Shown one piece after another: positions 12,233 through 25,390 of a stretch of DNA of 64,000 bases. The DNA lies in NCBI GenBank assembly GCA_903813345.2, contig CAIIXF020000001.1, positions 30,566,001-30,630,000 of the forward strand, in the 5' to 3' direction. How positions within the stretch are numbered: position 1 is the stretch's first letter; each line of letters opens with the position of its first letter. This stretch comes from Owenia fusiformis. Lineage: Eukaryota. The translations under genes and the position numbers were made by a program. Under the pieces are notes generated by a model. The model had not been told where the DNA came from and made no database searches. It worked only from the letters and a program-made list of their open reading frames with translations.

Positions 12233-15200
12233 ATGGTGGTAGGAATGACGCTGGAAGACGCAACAACTTACGGAATGCCCCAAAGGCCAACGGACCATCA
12301 GTGGGATATAAATGACTCAAACCTTCCAACAGTAAGTAAAAAAACTTTTTGTTACTAAGCATAAATTGAATTAATGTTGATACAGATTTTTAAATTTCAC
12401 GTTCCATAGGATGTTTGGAAAGTTATTAGTTTTTACCTTTGAGATAATTATACCATCTTGTATTTTGTAAGTTATGTTTTGCAAAAGTTCAAACGGGAAT
12501 AACATATCCCTTTCCATTCATTTTTCATGTGTGGATTGTCAACTATATAGGCTAAACACAGAGGGGCATGTTGATTTATCCAAGGACGTCTATCTCAAAG
12601 GACATTTTGATAGTTTGTTATCATCTAAGATCTGATCAATAACTGATCATACATATTAAATGAACTAAATGTATAATTTTTTAGATATTTTTTCTGAATA
12701 ATTCGTTATTTTAAGTACTCCGTGTCCTGACTATCAATATTTGATTTTTATTGCGTCTGTTATTAAGCATGTTTAAAGTTCTGGGATCGAAGTGGACCTA
12801 CTTGAAACTGCTTTTGTTGGGTTTTCTCAGCCTTGGATATCAGCGGGCTATCAATGCCTGATGTTTCCAAATAATGAATGGAAGAATGATGAACTAATTT
12901 ACTTTTTTTAAACATCTATCTAATAGTCATTATAAAGCCGCAATAGGGAGAGATGATATAAATTGCCACACTTCATTTAAAAAGACACAATAGTGAAGTG
13001 TAAATTGCCTAACGTGGAGTGAAGGTAATTATTTAAGGGGTTTGACATTTTCAAGTAGCCTTCGCATCCAGTGCCCCGCAACTCGTATTAATATACCCTC
13101 GTTGTTCCATCTAATTGTAATATTTGCATACATATTATGACAAGATGTAACAAAAAACAAACAGTGGTTGTTTGTAAAATACAAAGAAATAATTACAATT
13201 TGAATAGAAGATGATGCAAAACATCTGAAAATGACAATCTCAGCTGACAATGGCTGTATGAAAAGATAAATGCACAAAAAATTGAAACATCGATTAGTTT
13301 TTGAGAGGTCCGGCTATTAGCTGGTTTAAAACTTTTAAACGATTCAAAATCCATTTAGGAATACTTTTTTTCAACAGCTTGTGATCTTATCTCGTTTTAC
13401 CCATCGTCATTTAATGGACAATAGCTCCTCGGGCCTTTCTCATGTCCAAAACCATTAATCGTTTATTTGGACGTTAAAATAGAAACCTATAAAAAGAATA
13501 CCAAAAATATATTTAACTGCGCAATTGAAGTTTTATTTGATCAACATTGTTCTTAACACAATTGCTTGTATATCAATAGAATAAATATGACTGACAAACC
13601 ATAAATGTATTTCTTCTGTTAGCAAACTCAGGCACGCTACTCCAACGTGTACGCAGAAGTTAAATTAAAGATAAGAGATTGTCAAATTGCATTAATATGA
13701 AGTTATTGAAATATCTATAATTGATAACAGTTGGTTATTATTCTGAAAATCGGGCACTGAATTCATAACACATCTTTTACTCAGCTCTTCGATTCTATCA
13801 CAAATACATGGTTTAGTATAAATCCGCTTAATAAATAATGTTTCACAACTATATTTTTGTGATTTTTTTACCTGTAATAACACAAAGATATTACTACTCA
13901 ACAACCCCAGGGATTCCTTATCAATAAAAAGGTCTTATTGGGGGTTAATAAGTTCAAAATTAAACGTTTAATTTATAGATATTTTCTATTTCTATTTACA
14001 GGTGTCAGAACTAGATCCATATCAGATATGGACAGATGGGCACTGCAGATATGTATATAGTGAAAGCTCGGAGGAAGCAAAACGACACGCAAGTGGATGG
14101 GCAATGCGAAATACAAACAATCATAATGTAAACATTTTGAAGAAATCTTGTTTAGGGGTGTTGATCTGCAGCAGACGATGTCGTCTTGAGAATGGCGATC
14201 AGATTCATCTGAGACCAGCTATCTGTGATAAGGCAAGGAAAAAACAATACGGTAAGCCAAGTACATAAATAACATGAATATTTGGTCAAGCTTCATCGCT
14301 CCTAGTTTGCACGATTGAAACATTGATGCCTTTTCTTTTAACAGCTTTTGCTGAAGTGTCTAATATTTCAAAATGTTGGAATGTAAGGTAGCGGTGAAGA
14401 CTGAAAACCCTTTTACAAATGCGCTTAGAAATTATCAATACTCTTTTTAACAAAGGCTGTGAAAATACTTGTCCAAAGTTGCACGGGTACCAGTTTACCA
14501 GTTTGATTTCAATCCCAGTGAAAACTCATTCTGATACTCATAGCATCTTTCTGTTTCACCTCAGTGCTGAGAAGAAATGAGATGTCATGGTATATCATGA
14601 TGGTGAAAACTGCATATACGCTTATTTGAAATGAGGTGTTGTTTGTACGAGCGGCATTTCAGAGTTAGGGATATTGGGGGTTTGTTTCTTGAAATGCCCT
14701 GGTGTTTCTAAGATGTTGCCCTATACAATAAGCATATGTAAATACTTCCGAGGTACGTTAGGCTATCATTGGGTCTAGTCGTTTTTTCACGAGGTCTCTT
14801 AAAGTCTATCCAAATCATTATTAGGAAGATAGGATAAAGCTGGCTCATTTGATCGTAATTACGAGAGTCTTATAGCAGAAAGTGGAGTAGCTTTGAGTAC
14901 TTGATGTCCCAAACAGACGCCGGGGATAAGATGTAAAGTAGAACCCGCATGGTATGACATCCCCTTACACCTTGTCCCCTAATCATATCCCTAATGTGTA
15001 AATACAGTGAAAGGGTCGAGGATTTGTTTTTGGAAGTTGTTTCAACAGCCAGCACGTGCTTTAAAGACTCTAGGATATGCATATCTTTGTTTGGTTACCG
15101 TCTGGTCTATTTTATAGTCCAATGGATTTGTATTTTGTACATAATCCGTTTAATTATGTCCATCATCCAAACTGCCAAGTCACTTAATTTGATACAGATC

Positions 15201-18200
15201 TGTAACGGAAATAGGGGATAGGTTGGGCACACGTCTTAAACGTTGTTCTGAATATATTTAAGCTGCTCATTTGTGAGCATTGTCATGCCTATAATCATCA
15301 TGTGCTTCCGTTGCATCTCCTATTGTTGCATCGGTTTCTTGTCCATGCCATCTTTATTATTCTACTCTGGGACCAAGAATTTGTCAGAGTCGCAGTTCCC
15401 TCCCCCGCTATACAATCGGAACTGATACTTGGGGTTTGTGAGGCATGCACGACTGGAGTCTTGATTCAAAGCTAATTTATCAAAAAGTTCCAGATCACGT
15501 GTTTATTTTGAGAGACAGAGGATGAGACTGGGTGCACCAAGGGGGGTAGGTCACATTGCCCCCACATCTTGGATTCTGAATACAAATGTCATCAGGGTCA
15601 ATCACGTAAATGCCACAATTATATTATGGAAAGAGAATATCAGTAAGATCTGTACTGATTTATTCATGCGTTTGGTAAAATGGAATCATAAAATAGAATT
15701 CAAAGTTTATATTTTATTTCAACTCAATCAACGTACGTGCGTTTGTTTTTAAGACACGTATGAGGACCTTAGGGGAACAGTGACAGGAGACAAAGATGAT
15801 ACTGTTATGGTTGCGAAGACATAGCTTTACGGCATAAATCTACGAATTTTATTATGTCTATTTATTAGAGCACTGTCACTTTTTGCATTTATTAATTAAA
15901 GCAGCAAACACCTTGGAAACCATAATGGAAAAACGAACGCATGTCTATAGGCTTATCAAAGCATAGATCGTTATTATGCTTTTATACGACCACTTCATAG
16001 CTTTCAATAGGATACGGATGGAAGAAAATTAAAACAAATCACAATTATAGGTATAGACAAAACTTGATAAAAAGACAACATAGACCTTGAAGGCCGGTCT
16101 TAATTACTGATTAGTTTAAGATCCAGTTTTACTCTACTGGTAAAAAGTTTGCTTTTTGATCCTAATCAGCGGTTTTTCTTCCGCAGCTGAAATGACACAC
16201 GACCCTATTATACTAAGATGCGCTTTTTCGCTCATCAAACTCCAATAACAAAGTTATCTATTTTATTCAAAGCTTAAAAACCAAAGAATTCTATCCACCA
16301 GCCATGAGCGTCAAGATATAGTTAATAGGCTGGATATATTAAATGTATCAACCATCGCTTGAGACGATTAGCCTTGAGTGGGATAAACTACCTCAGTTCA
16401 AATACCGACCAACGATGGCCGGGCGTCAGATTCCACCGGAGTTAGGAGGGTTCGTCGAAAAATAGACATGACATTTTTCTGCTCTCCATTGTAGCCCGCT
16501 ACGTTCGTCGTAATTTGCCGTTATCGCTAATCTTGCTTTCCCATCTGCTGAAAACTACATATTAGAATGCTAAATAGGACAACTTTAAGTCAGATGTTTT
16601 ACGTTGGTCATCTTGTATTCCTTTCACAGTATAATGTGGTCATTCATAATTCATGTTAGTTTTGTATTTTTAAGTATACCATGCACGGTAACGTTAGTTA
16701 TTTCAAAAGAATCAATTCTAGTGAAAAAAGTTTGTTTTTACAAGAAACTGTTACGCTTTGAAATAATAAATGCAGTTTAGTTTCTATTATTTGTCTTTTA
16801 ATTACTTTTAATTGATTTAATTTTACTTCATTGTTGCTTAGCCAACGACTGTCAAGATTTCTTGATTGATAAAACTGGAAACGTTTGAATAAACGCCTTA
16901 TTTTAAAAAAAATCAAAATATAAAAAGGAACAGCGGGGTGTAGGAGTGACTACTTGGAAATGTCGCAGACGATCGCAGTCTATTGTTTTAAAACACCGGT
17001 AGACTTTCCCTTTCCAATTCCTTAACATGTAATTAAAATTACGATTATTGTTATACCATTGTGGCATTTTTAGAATTCATATAGGAATTTAGAAGCCGGC
17101 ACCTGCCGTAAAAGTTTCATTCGGAAATATGATTTTAAGTTATAATGCATTCCTACATAACGCATTCCTTTTAATTTTGTTCTTTTAATTCAGTTCTATC
17201 ACTTTCTTAAAGTCACGTTTTCAGTTTTGAATAAATATTTCAATTCCGATTATATATCAATTAAAAGTATTAAAATGAGATTAATGAAAGGGGTTTAAAT
17301 AACAATAGAAGGAGAACCAGAAACATTGATTGGTAGAAATTAATTTGCATGTATTATTCGCACTGCACAACCTTTTTGTTGCACATGTTGGATTATACTT
17401 TCAATATTCTGTAAATTAACTCTTCGTTTTGTATTTCCAGGTAAACGTTGTCCAAATTCCTTATGCTCCGGTTGGTTGGAATTGCTGCCCTGCAGAGGAC
17501 ATTGCGGATACCCAGTAACGCACTTTTGGAGGCATACAAATGGCGCCATCTATTTTCAAGGGAAGGGCACGCATGATCATCCACGACCTGAGCTCAAATC
17601 TTCAATGCAGGAATCAAAAAGCAAAATCAGCAAAAAACTCATGGTATGTTAATCAATGCAATAAAATAATTCGGTAAAATGAGGTGAAATGGGAAATAAT
17701 CAGTTGATTCTCTAATTTTCTCATTGGCCTATTACCACATGGCTTTATTCAAAACTGCAGCCCGGAGATGTTGTTTATCTTTTTATTACTTTTTTTTGGG
17801 CGACAACAGATTCTGATTTTCTCACGTGGTAAAAATAGTGTCTGTTTTTTTTCAACAAGTCAATTTAAACTTGTATTCACGTCAACAGCAGCCACATCAA
17901 CTTAGACTAAAAGAGCAATGATGCACTTGTATTAAGATATCAAATGTCGTGATGAATTTTTCGGCTCATTTGCTTCATTTTAAACACTGCATTTTTTCTA
18001 CTGGTTCATTATTGGCAACTATCTATTTTGTGCTCTTCGTGAATTATCTTGGTTGAGTACTCCACAGTGGAGGCGTGCGCCAAAAGATAACCAAACAGAC
18101 ACCCCGGGGCATCGTCACTGGCAATGTTGACGTAATGCCAACCAAATGGCAAACAAATGTAGTTTTAAAAAGCTTGAACAAAAGAGAAAATAGTCTTATT

Positions 18201-21200
18201 ATCTGTTTGTATGTAACTGTGTCAAATTTACAAGGCATATATCCACCTGCCATCCGTGTAATTAGCCGAGGTAGCATCTTCACTGTACTATCATTAAATG
18301 CTTAATGGCAGTCAACAGATATTTTCTGCCATCGCACACACGTTTCCATAAATTAACGTTACTGGGAGCAAGATTGGGGTTTCTGCCGTAGTTTACTCTT
18401 TGATCTTAATTAAAATAGAATATAAAATTGTATAGGTTTTATGACTTTCTAATCATTATTTAAGTGCATTTTATTGTTCACGTTCATTGGTTTGAATCTC
18501 TCCTCGTAGTCCCGTCGATGAACGTGATTTACAGAGGGATTTCTTTTATAAGGCGACGGTCTTAAGGTTGAAGCCATACGTTCCTCATACTGCCAGGGCT
18601 TTGGCCACTGACATAAATCCTACATTCTATGACACTTGTATTTTCAAAGCTATAAAAACAAATCCATAAAACAAAATCACATGAGAAATAGATAATGTTT
18701 GCAGATTATGTGATATTTGTGCGAGGCTTACGGCGTGTTTGAACTATCAATTAGACTTTATAGAAGTTCTTTGAGACTTTGCAATACAATTAATTTAACA
18801 GGTGTCTAGTCTAGTATCAGCCTACAGATGCTTTCACAGCAATGAAACCGTCTAAACTGTCATTTAAGGTCTTTATAATTCAAGCACGACCACATTAATT
18901 TTGCATTAACCCATGGATTAAACGAAAGTAAAGATCAATTGGATAATGCATCTTATAAGCAGTTTCTGTATCATATAGTATCTGTTTTAATTTCTGTCAA
19001 CAAGATAATAAAGAGAAAGTTAATATCAGTTTTGAAGCACATAGTTACCATGCACAGATATCCATCCATTCATTATTCATTATTCATACAAATATAGAGA
19101 ACGTTCATAAACCATAATTTCATCCGGGCAGCAATTATATTCTTCATAAAAAATAAACATATACAAAGTTATATCATTACATTATAATTTATTTCTACGT
19201 AGCACCATATTTTCATCGTAAAACATTGTTATAAGCCAAAAAATCGCATCGGATTAATCCACATGATAAATTATCTCACGTCCATATTAAATTTATTAAA
19301 ATTTGTTTTCAGACAAATAGAGGCCGATTACAGAGGAAACGTCCATCTCTGGACAATATGCTGGCGCTATCTTCTGGATTCAAAGTTCCCCGACTACACA
19401 GTACCGCAGGTGATTATCCCATTCTTAATTAACCATTTAATAATTGCAATCATCTACAGGTGCTTTGTTTCAATTTGTTAAATCTGCATTTGTTTATTAT
19501 TAGGCCTACACGATAAGAGATCATAGCTCGTTTAGTTGCTTCCAATTGGCATCAGTTCTAACTACTGAATGCTAAAATTACTTAAACGCAATCTAGCAAT
19601 TAATAACAATCATTGTTAATGATCATTAGTGATAAAACATAGGTTCTCCTAATTTCCTCAATACGTTACTCCTATTGATGAACCCGAACAAAATGGCTGA
19701 TAATTATAAAATTATGATAAAATAATAATTAGCTCAGTGTAAAAAAGAACGATATATTCAAGATCATATATCAAATTTATCACTACCACAATGTACGTGT
19801 GTCATCATAAAATATATTAACAGAATTTTTTATTCCAATCACAACCAAATTATCTAACAAAGGGTACTGGGGTAGTATCTTTTCAATTCAATCTCATATT
19901 TTTATCATTCATTTCATAACATTTTACAGCCATGGCTTCCAGCTATTTAAAAGAGTAAAATGACACATTGCAAAATTACAACTCATACGTTGTATAGGAG
20001 AAAATAAAATCTTGTATTTGTTATCATTCTGATATTAATCTCAAAACCGATCAAACAATCAATCAATCAATGAACCAACCACTCTTTCAGAGTAAACAAA
20101 TATTGAATATAATTTTCGTTGACCCTTGCTAAATCTGTTGCTAAAATGTTAAAGTACCATTACTGACCAATTGACCATTGCAAGATCATATTGATCTCAG
20201 CTTTCTCAATTTTTATTGACATGGCATGACCATTGCACAATCATTCTAGAACTAAATCATTATTCAAGTAAATGTTTCAGTACAGTAAAACTTGTGTACA
20301 TTGAACACTTGAAAAAACGTTCAGTGTTGGTTTGTGTTCATTAGAGAGGGTAATTTGCACAGAAGTCAGTGTAGTATGTGTGGAGCAATGATGTCCACAA
20401 GTGTTCACTAGAGGGAGGTGTTCACTAAGACAGGTTTTACTGCATTAGATTACAATTTCAATTCCATTGTTCCTGCATTTCAGGCCAGGATGTCATGTGT
20501 TCATGCCCACCATTCGAGTGTCTCTGTTACCATAACACCACCAGATCAAGCTATGACAGAGCCCTCTATCAGGACATCATGGAAGCAACCACGTTTAGTC
20601 CAAGACTTGACCCATTCACACAATTCTTCATGCAGAGTCCAGGAGGATCACGCAGCCAAGATCACATCCCATCCAAGAACATTCTATCTAAATATGGTGC
20701 CTACCAAAGCAGCAAATATGAAGTTCCAATTACAGTATTACCGAATGACCGAAAAGATTGTATGTTTTCGAATGATTCTCGATACAGTAGTGATGATAAA
20801 TCGAAGGTCTCAATTGCCAACTACCCCCAAGTGAGTGAGAGCATGTCTCCAGGGACTGACAATGAGATGCTGAGAGCAGTTCACATGGACAATCATGCTA
20901 GTCCTAAGCAAATTGAAGAAGCTGATCTGACAAATCCTGGTGACTTTCTTTCACTGAATAAACCTATTAATAACAATATCATGGTGCCCAAAGACCCTTA
21001 CAGGCACCGTTATACAGGTTTCACTGACTCAAATTTACCAAGTATTAAATCCATGTTCAGGGACCAAAGTTACGAATCTAGGGAATTTAGTATATTCAGT
21101 GGCTGTGCCGAGACATATGTTCATGCTAAAGAAGCAGTTACCCCTGTGAGTCCCGAGTCTCCTCTCAGATCCCAACCATCCCCTTGCTCACCCCCCTCCC

Positions 21201-21553
21201 TCATAGAGCTCAAGCCAATGTCTCTCAATAAATCTAATATGCCTTCCCAGCCATTGTCCTCACAGGAGGTCTACCAGTCAAAGCATGACATGCCATTGAA
21301 TCTATCTGTTGAGAAAAGTGCTTTCCAGCCATATCTTGACCATTGCACGAGTAAGGATCTCAAGCAATTAGAAGCTTGCAGTTCTTCCCAAATGTCAACA
21401 AAAAATATCCAAGAAGCCCCTTATCTCTCAGCTGGTACTTCTATGAGCAACCAGAACAATTATTACCATGGTGATTTCTTTCATTGTCCATCAGAACAAT
21501 CCCTATCTGCTCTAAGAAACCATAGCATTAATATTGCAATTACTTACAAGTAA
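12233..21553 (+). CDS. gcm: Glial cells missing (GCM-domain) transcription factor, 572 aa; join(12233..12331,14002..14251,17441..17643,19313..19409,20484..21553)
   Basis: Exon 1 [33 protein letters not shown] (WDIND motif; in-frame TAA upstream at 12224); exon 2 ...[10 protein letters not shown]...[27 protein letters not shown]...[14 protein letters not shown]; exon 3 GKRCPN...[16 protein letters not shown]...[13 protein letters not shown], completing the GCM DNA-binding domain; exon 4 ([14 protein letters not shown]...) inferred from splice signals and phase (0 in, 1 out); exon 5 joins the 352-aa ORF in frame. All introns GT-AG, phases 0,1,0,1. Confidence 0.95.
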
Positions 21554-22256
21554 CCCCCCCTTGTCCCATAGTGACTGAAGATGACAAGGTAGTAAAAAAC
21601 ATTATTCAAAATACACTGAGATGTATCAAAAGTGAAAAAGTATTCAGTAATTGCAGTTATGAATTATTCATTTTAGGAGTAAAATACAAAAAGGCTCAAT
21701 GACAGAATCATATTTAGTGATGGCAATTAATTTATTTGAACTGTATATTTAACCAAGAAAAACTATACATTTAACCAAGAGGTTAAAAAAATAATATGTA
21801 TATTCACACTTGCATTATTTATTTTAATTTATTCTTTTGTTTGTTTTAAAGTGCAATCATTGCAACCATATATAACTTAAATTATTCTCAGAATTCACAA
21901 TTTTATGATTCTGTTTTGTATATTATGTACATTATATTTTGTAAATATAACATTTTCAACTTTACAAGACCGGGTTACGTGCAAATAATTTGAATGTCAA
22001 AGTAATTTATGCATACATACTAATATATATGCAAGTATAGCCTATGCTGCCATTGATTCAAGCAAGCATCTTTAAATTTTTTATGCACTACAGCATTGTG
22101 CATCTTGGGTCAAGTCACATGTGGCCATAAAGGAAGTATTATACACTTTGTATGTAGTAAGATTGATAGGGTGGCTTTTTATACTCTGCTTTTCTTTGTA
22201 CAAAAAAACAATATTCAAAACTGCTTTATTTTGTTGTATAAACTGATCTATATTTA

Positions 22257-22269
22257 AATAAATAATAAA
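22257..22269 (+). terminator. Candidate gcm polyadenylation signals (2x AATAAA)
   Basis: AATAAA at 22257-22262 and 22264-22269, ~700 bp after the stop, with T/GT-rich sequence downstream. Confidence 0.5.
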
Positions 22270-22924
22270 AAATAATTACACAAAGTAAACTCTTGACTTC
22301 CAAACGTTTTATTGTTTCAGTAATTCTTATCTGGTTTTGAAAATTACACCCTGTGTGTAATTGAAGTAAGATTTATTACACATACACTGATTATCTTGCA
22401 AGAAAAATGCTCAAATTCAGATGGAAGCCCAGATAAAATTCACCTGTATGATTGACCCCTTTTGATCTCGCATCAATTGTGACATTTAACAAAAATGAAG
22501 AAAGAAATACCAAAGATACACATGACATATTGTATTATAGCAATTGATACTTCATTTCAAGTTGATCAATTGTTAAGATAAATCCTCAATTGTTTTGTGT
22601 CTCCAGTTCATTGTGCCATTTGCCTAGAGAGAGGATAATCACCTCAAACATAATTGCTGTTAATTACAGGTTAATTCAAAAGGTCTAGCAAGTCAACAAA
22701 TCAAATCTAAAAATAATTTAATAATTTTTTTTCTGGCTTGTATGGATCAACTAACAAGCCACCTGCAATGTCTAAGAGAGTATTTTACTGCAGGGACATG
22801 TTGCATCAATAAATACAATTGAAGATCAAATCTTGCTAAATACCTAATTCCCAGTTGCCTAATACTAAATCCTAACAGAAAGCTCAAATTTATTGGAACA
22901 CTAGTACAAAAGACTACAAGGCCT

Positions 22925-23131
22925 CATGCCTGTAGCCAGGGGGGGTTCGCAGGGTTCGGGCGAACCCCCCCCCCTGGCCAAAAATTCTTTCAAAATCATG
23001 CAGTTTTTGACCATTTTGAGCACTTCTCAAGTGATTTTAGCCTAATTTGGGCCAAAATTGTCAAATGTGAACCCCCCCCTGGAAATTTTTGAAAATTGAA
23101 CCCCCCTTGGCAAATCCTGGCTACGGGCCTG
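22925..23131. mobile_element. G-rich MITE with 16-bp TIR and 5-bp TSD
   Basis: CATGCCTGTAGCCAGG ... CCTGGCTACGGGCCTG (14/16 inverted match); GGCCT on both flanks (22920-22924, 23132-23136). Confidence 0.8.
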
Positions 23132-24879
23132 GGCCTTAACCACCAGAAATGTTTATATATAATGTAGCAACCATAATATATTGTAAAGAAGATATTTAAT
23201 ATTTGTAAAAGAATATTATCTCGGGGTCTTGCATTACATAGCACTCCTGGGCCTGTAACCATAACAATGGACTCAATGATCTTAGAACTGATTATTGGTA
23301 CATTGTGAGATTTTAATAATAATATTATGGTTTTATGAAGATCTTAATAGAGAGATAGAATGTAGTATTCTTATTCTACCACATAATATGTAGAGACTTT
23401 ACATGTTTACAAGTTTTAAATTTTGTTTGAATTAATTCAGATTTAAAGAGGCAACAACAGTTGAAGGAAGTTGAACTTTTTGAGAAAATGTCAGAATTTA
23501 GCACTGTCTTTGGTCACACCATTCCTTGTCAATTCTAAAGAATTAATCTTGTCATTTCTGCATCTCATATCTTCAACCCTCATTTGTTATTCACATGAAA
23601 GGCTCCCAAAATTTTACACTATGTATCATTTGCTGCCAACTTTAAAATTTCCATAGTTAACATATATCCAACAAAGGGTCTTTAAATTGTATTGGTTTCT
23701 CAAGTTCTCAGATCTATGTCAACAGGGCATGTTTGACAATGTATATTCAAATGTAAAATCACTTTTATATTCAAAACTATAACAAAATGAAAGAACATTT
23801 TTCACCTACAAAAGGCACTTTCCAAGGCGTATAAAATGCTCTTACTATCAAATCAATCACAGGCAATATGGTTAGAGGCTAAATTCTGAAAAAATTATAA
23901 TTTTTTTCTAATGATTATGATGATATATTATAAGAACAAGCGATCATCCCTGGCACAATATGTGGCTTTCAAATAACTAAAGCAATCAATGTGTATTGAG
24001 TATCAAATTTCATATTTCTTCATTCTAAATTTTACATTTTAAAGTTTAATTAATGATTGTTTTTATAACCGAGTGTTGTAGGAACAAGAGACAACAGGTA
24101 GATTGCCCAGATAAGAGATAGTTGTGAAATAAACCAGATAATGTTTCCACTAATATATACTAAGAAGTATAATGTATACAATAAGACTTGCAATATCATT
24201 AATAATTCATTACATATTGTTCTATGTTACACTAGCCAAAAGAGCGGAAATCTGCGTCATATAATGACAAATCAGATACTGGCCTGATTAAAGATTAGTT
24301 ACTCAAGTTGATTCAATTAAAAGTCTATAGAAAATGTAAATGGAGATGAAGGTATCGTAAAAAGCAAACTATTGGAAAGGTGAATACAAGGCATGTTATC
24401 TTCATATATGGAATTTGACAATTTATGAAAAATAGAATTTTAAAAGATATGAAATTCAAGTCATGTGACAGAAGACCATCAAGTGTTTAAGGAGTCAGGC
24501 CAAAATATAGTTGTCTCTCAAAAGCAAAATTAATTTGATTATAAATAGCCTTCCTCGCCCCCATTCATAGCTAATAATTGTCAGTCTCTAAGACTGATCG
24601 TACTGCAAAAAACCCTCACAGGTATATTTAGATGATCTTGGATATTTATTATAAATTCTGTTATACAGAGTTAAACATCTAGCAAATGGGAGCTTCAAAG
24701 TTCATTCTTCATTGAAAAAATAGATGAAACTAGACTCAATTTGTTCTAAGGTTCCAATATGCCTTTTGAGAGTTTTAGCTTTAAGGTTCCACTGGCTGAA
24801 AAGTTGTCTACTTAACTTTTTCATCACAAGGGGAAGTACCATTCTGTTGAGGAGTGAATATCAGGGGGGTTCGATGGGT

Positions 24880-25390
24880 TCAATATTTTTTATTAAAACA
24901 ATATATTTTCTTTGGAGTGAAGTCCCCATGATGATAAAAATATCAATCAAACATTCGAAAAATTATGTCAACATCTTTTTCCCAAATGCCGAGCCTATTT
25001 ACTCAAAAGAGGATCTTCTTTTTCTGATTTTTATTGCATGAAAAGATTATTCAACAAGGGGTCTAAAACCCCTAAGATATCAACATCTGATGACCAAATT
25101 TATGCTGAAAACAATGGATAGCATGGGTTTTCCCTATAGGAAAATAACATGTGATATGTGGTTTTCAAACACCATTCCCTATTTCAGGAATTATTAATAT
25201 AGTGTAAATGAAAATTTTGATATGTTTAAATTGAGAAAAGCAAGATCCTCTTTTTAGAAAATAAGCCTGACATTTTTTAAAAAGTGTCAAGGTACCTAAT
25301 CCATAATTTTTTAGAGAGTTGATTGATATTTTACTATCTTCAGGACTTCACTTAAAGGAAAACATATTGTTTTAATAAAAAACACTGTAT
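24880..25390. mobile_element. Foldback/MITE-like element with ~170-bp imperfect inverted arms
   Basis: 24880-25045 is an imperfect reverse complement of ~25210-25388 (TTTTTATTAAAACAATAT..., AAAAGAGGATCTT); the internal part 25055-25170 resembles 8050-8160, a second partial copy. Confidence 0.65.

Noticed and set aside
20418..20834. 138-aa ORF overlapping gcm exon 5 in another frame
   Set aside because: Starts in the intron at a non-ATG codon, no recognisable homology; splice phase supports the 20495-21553 frame.
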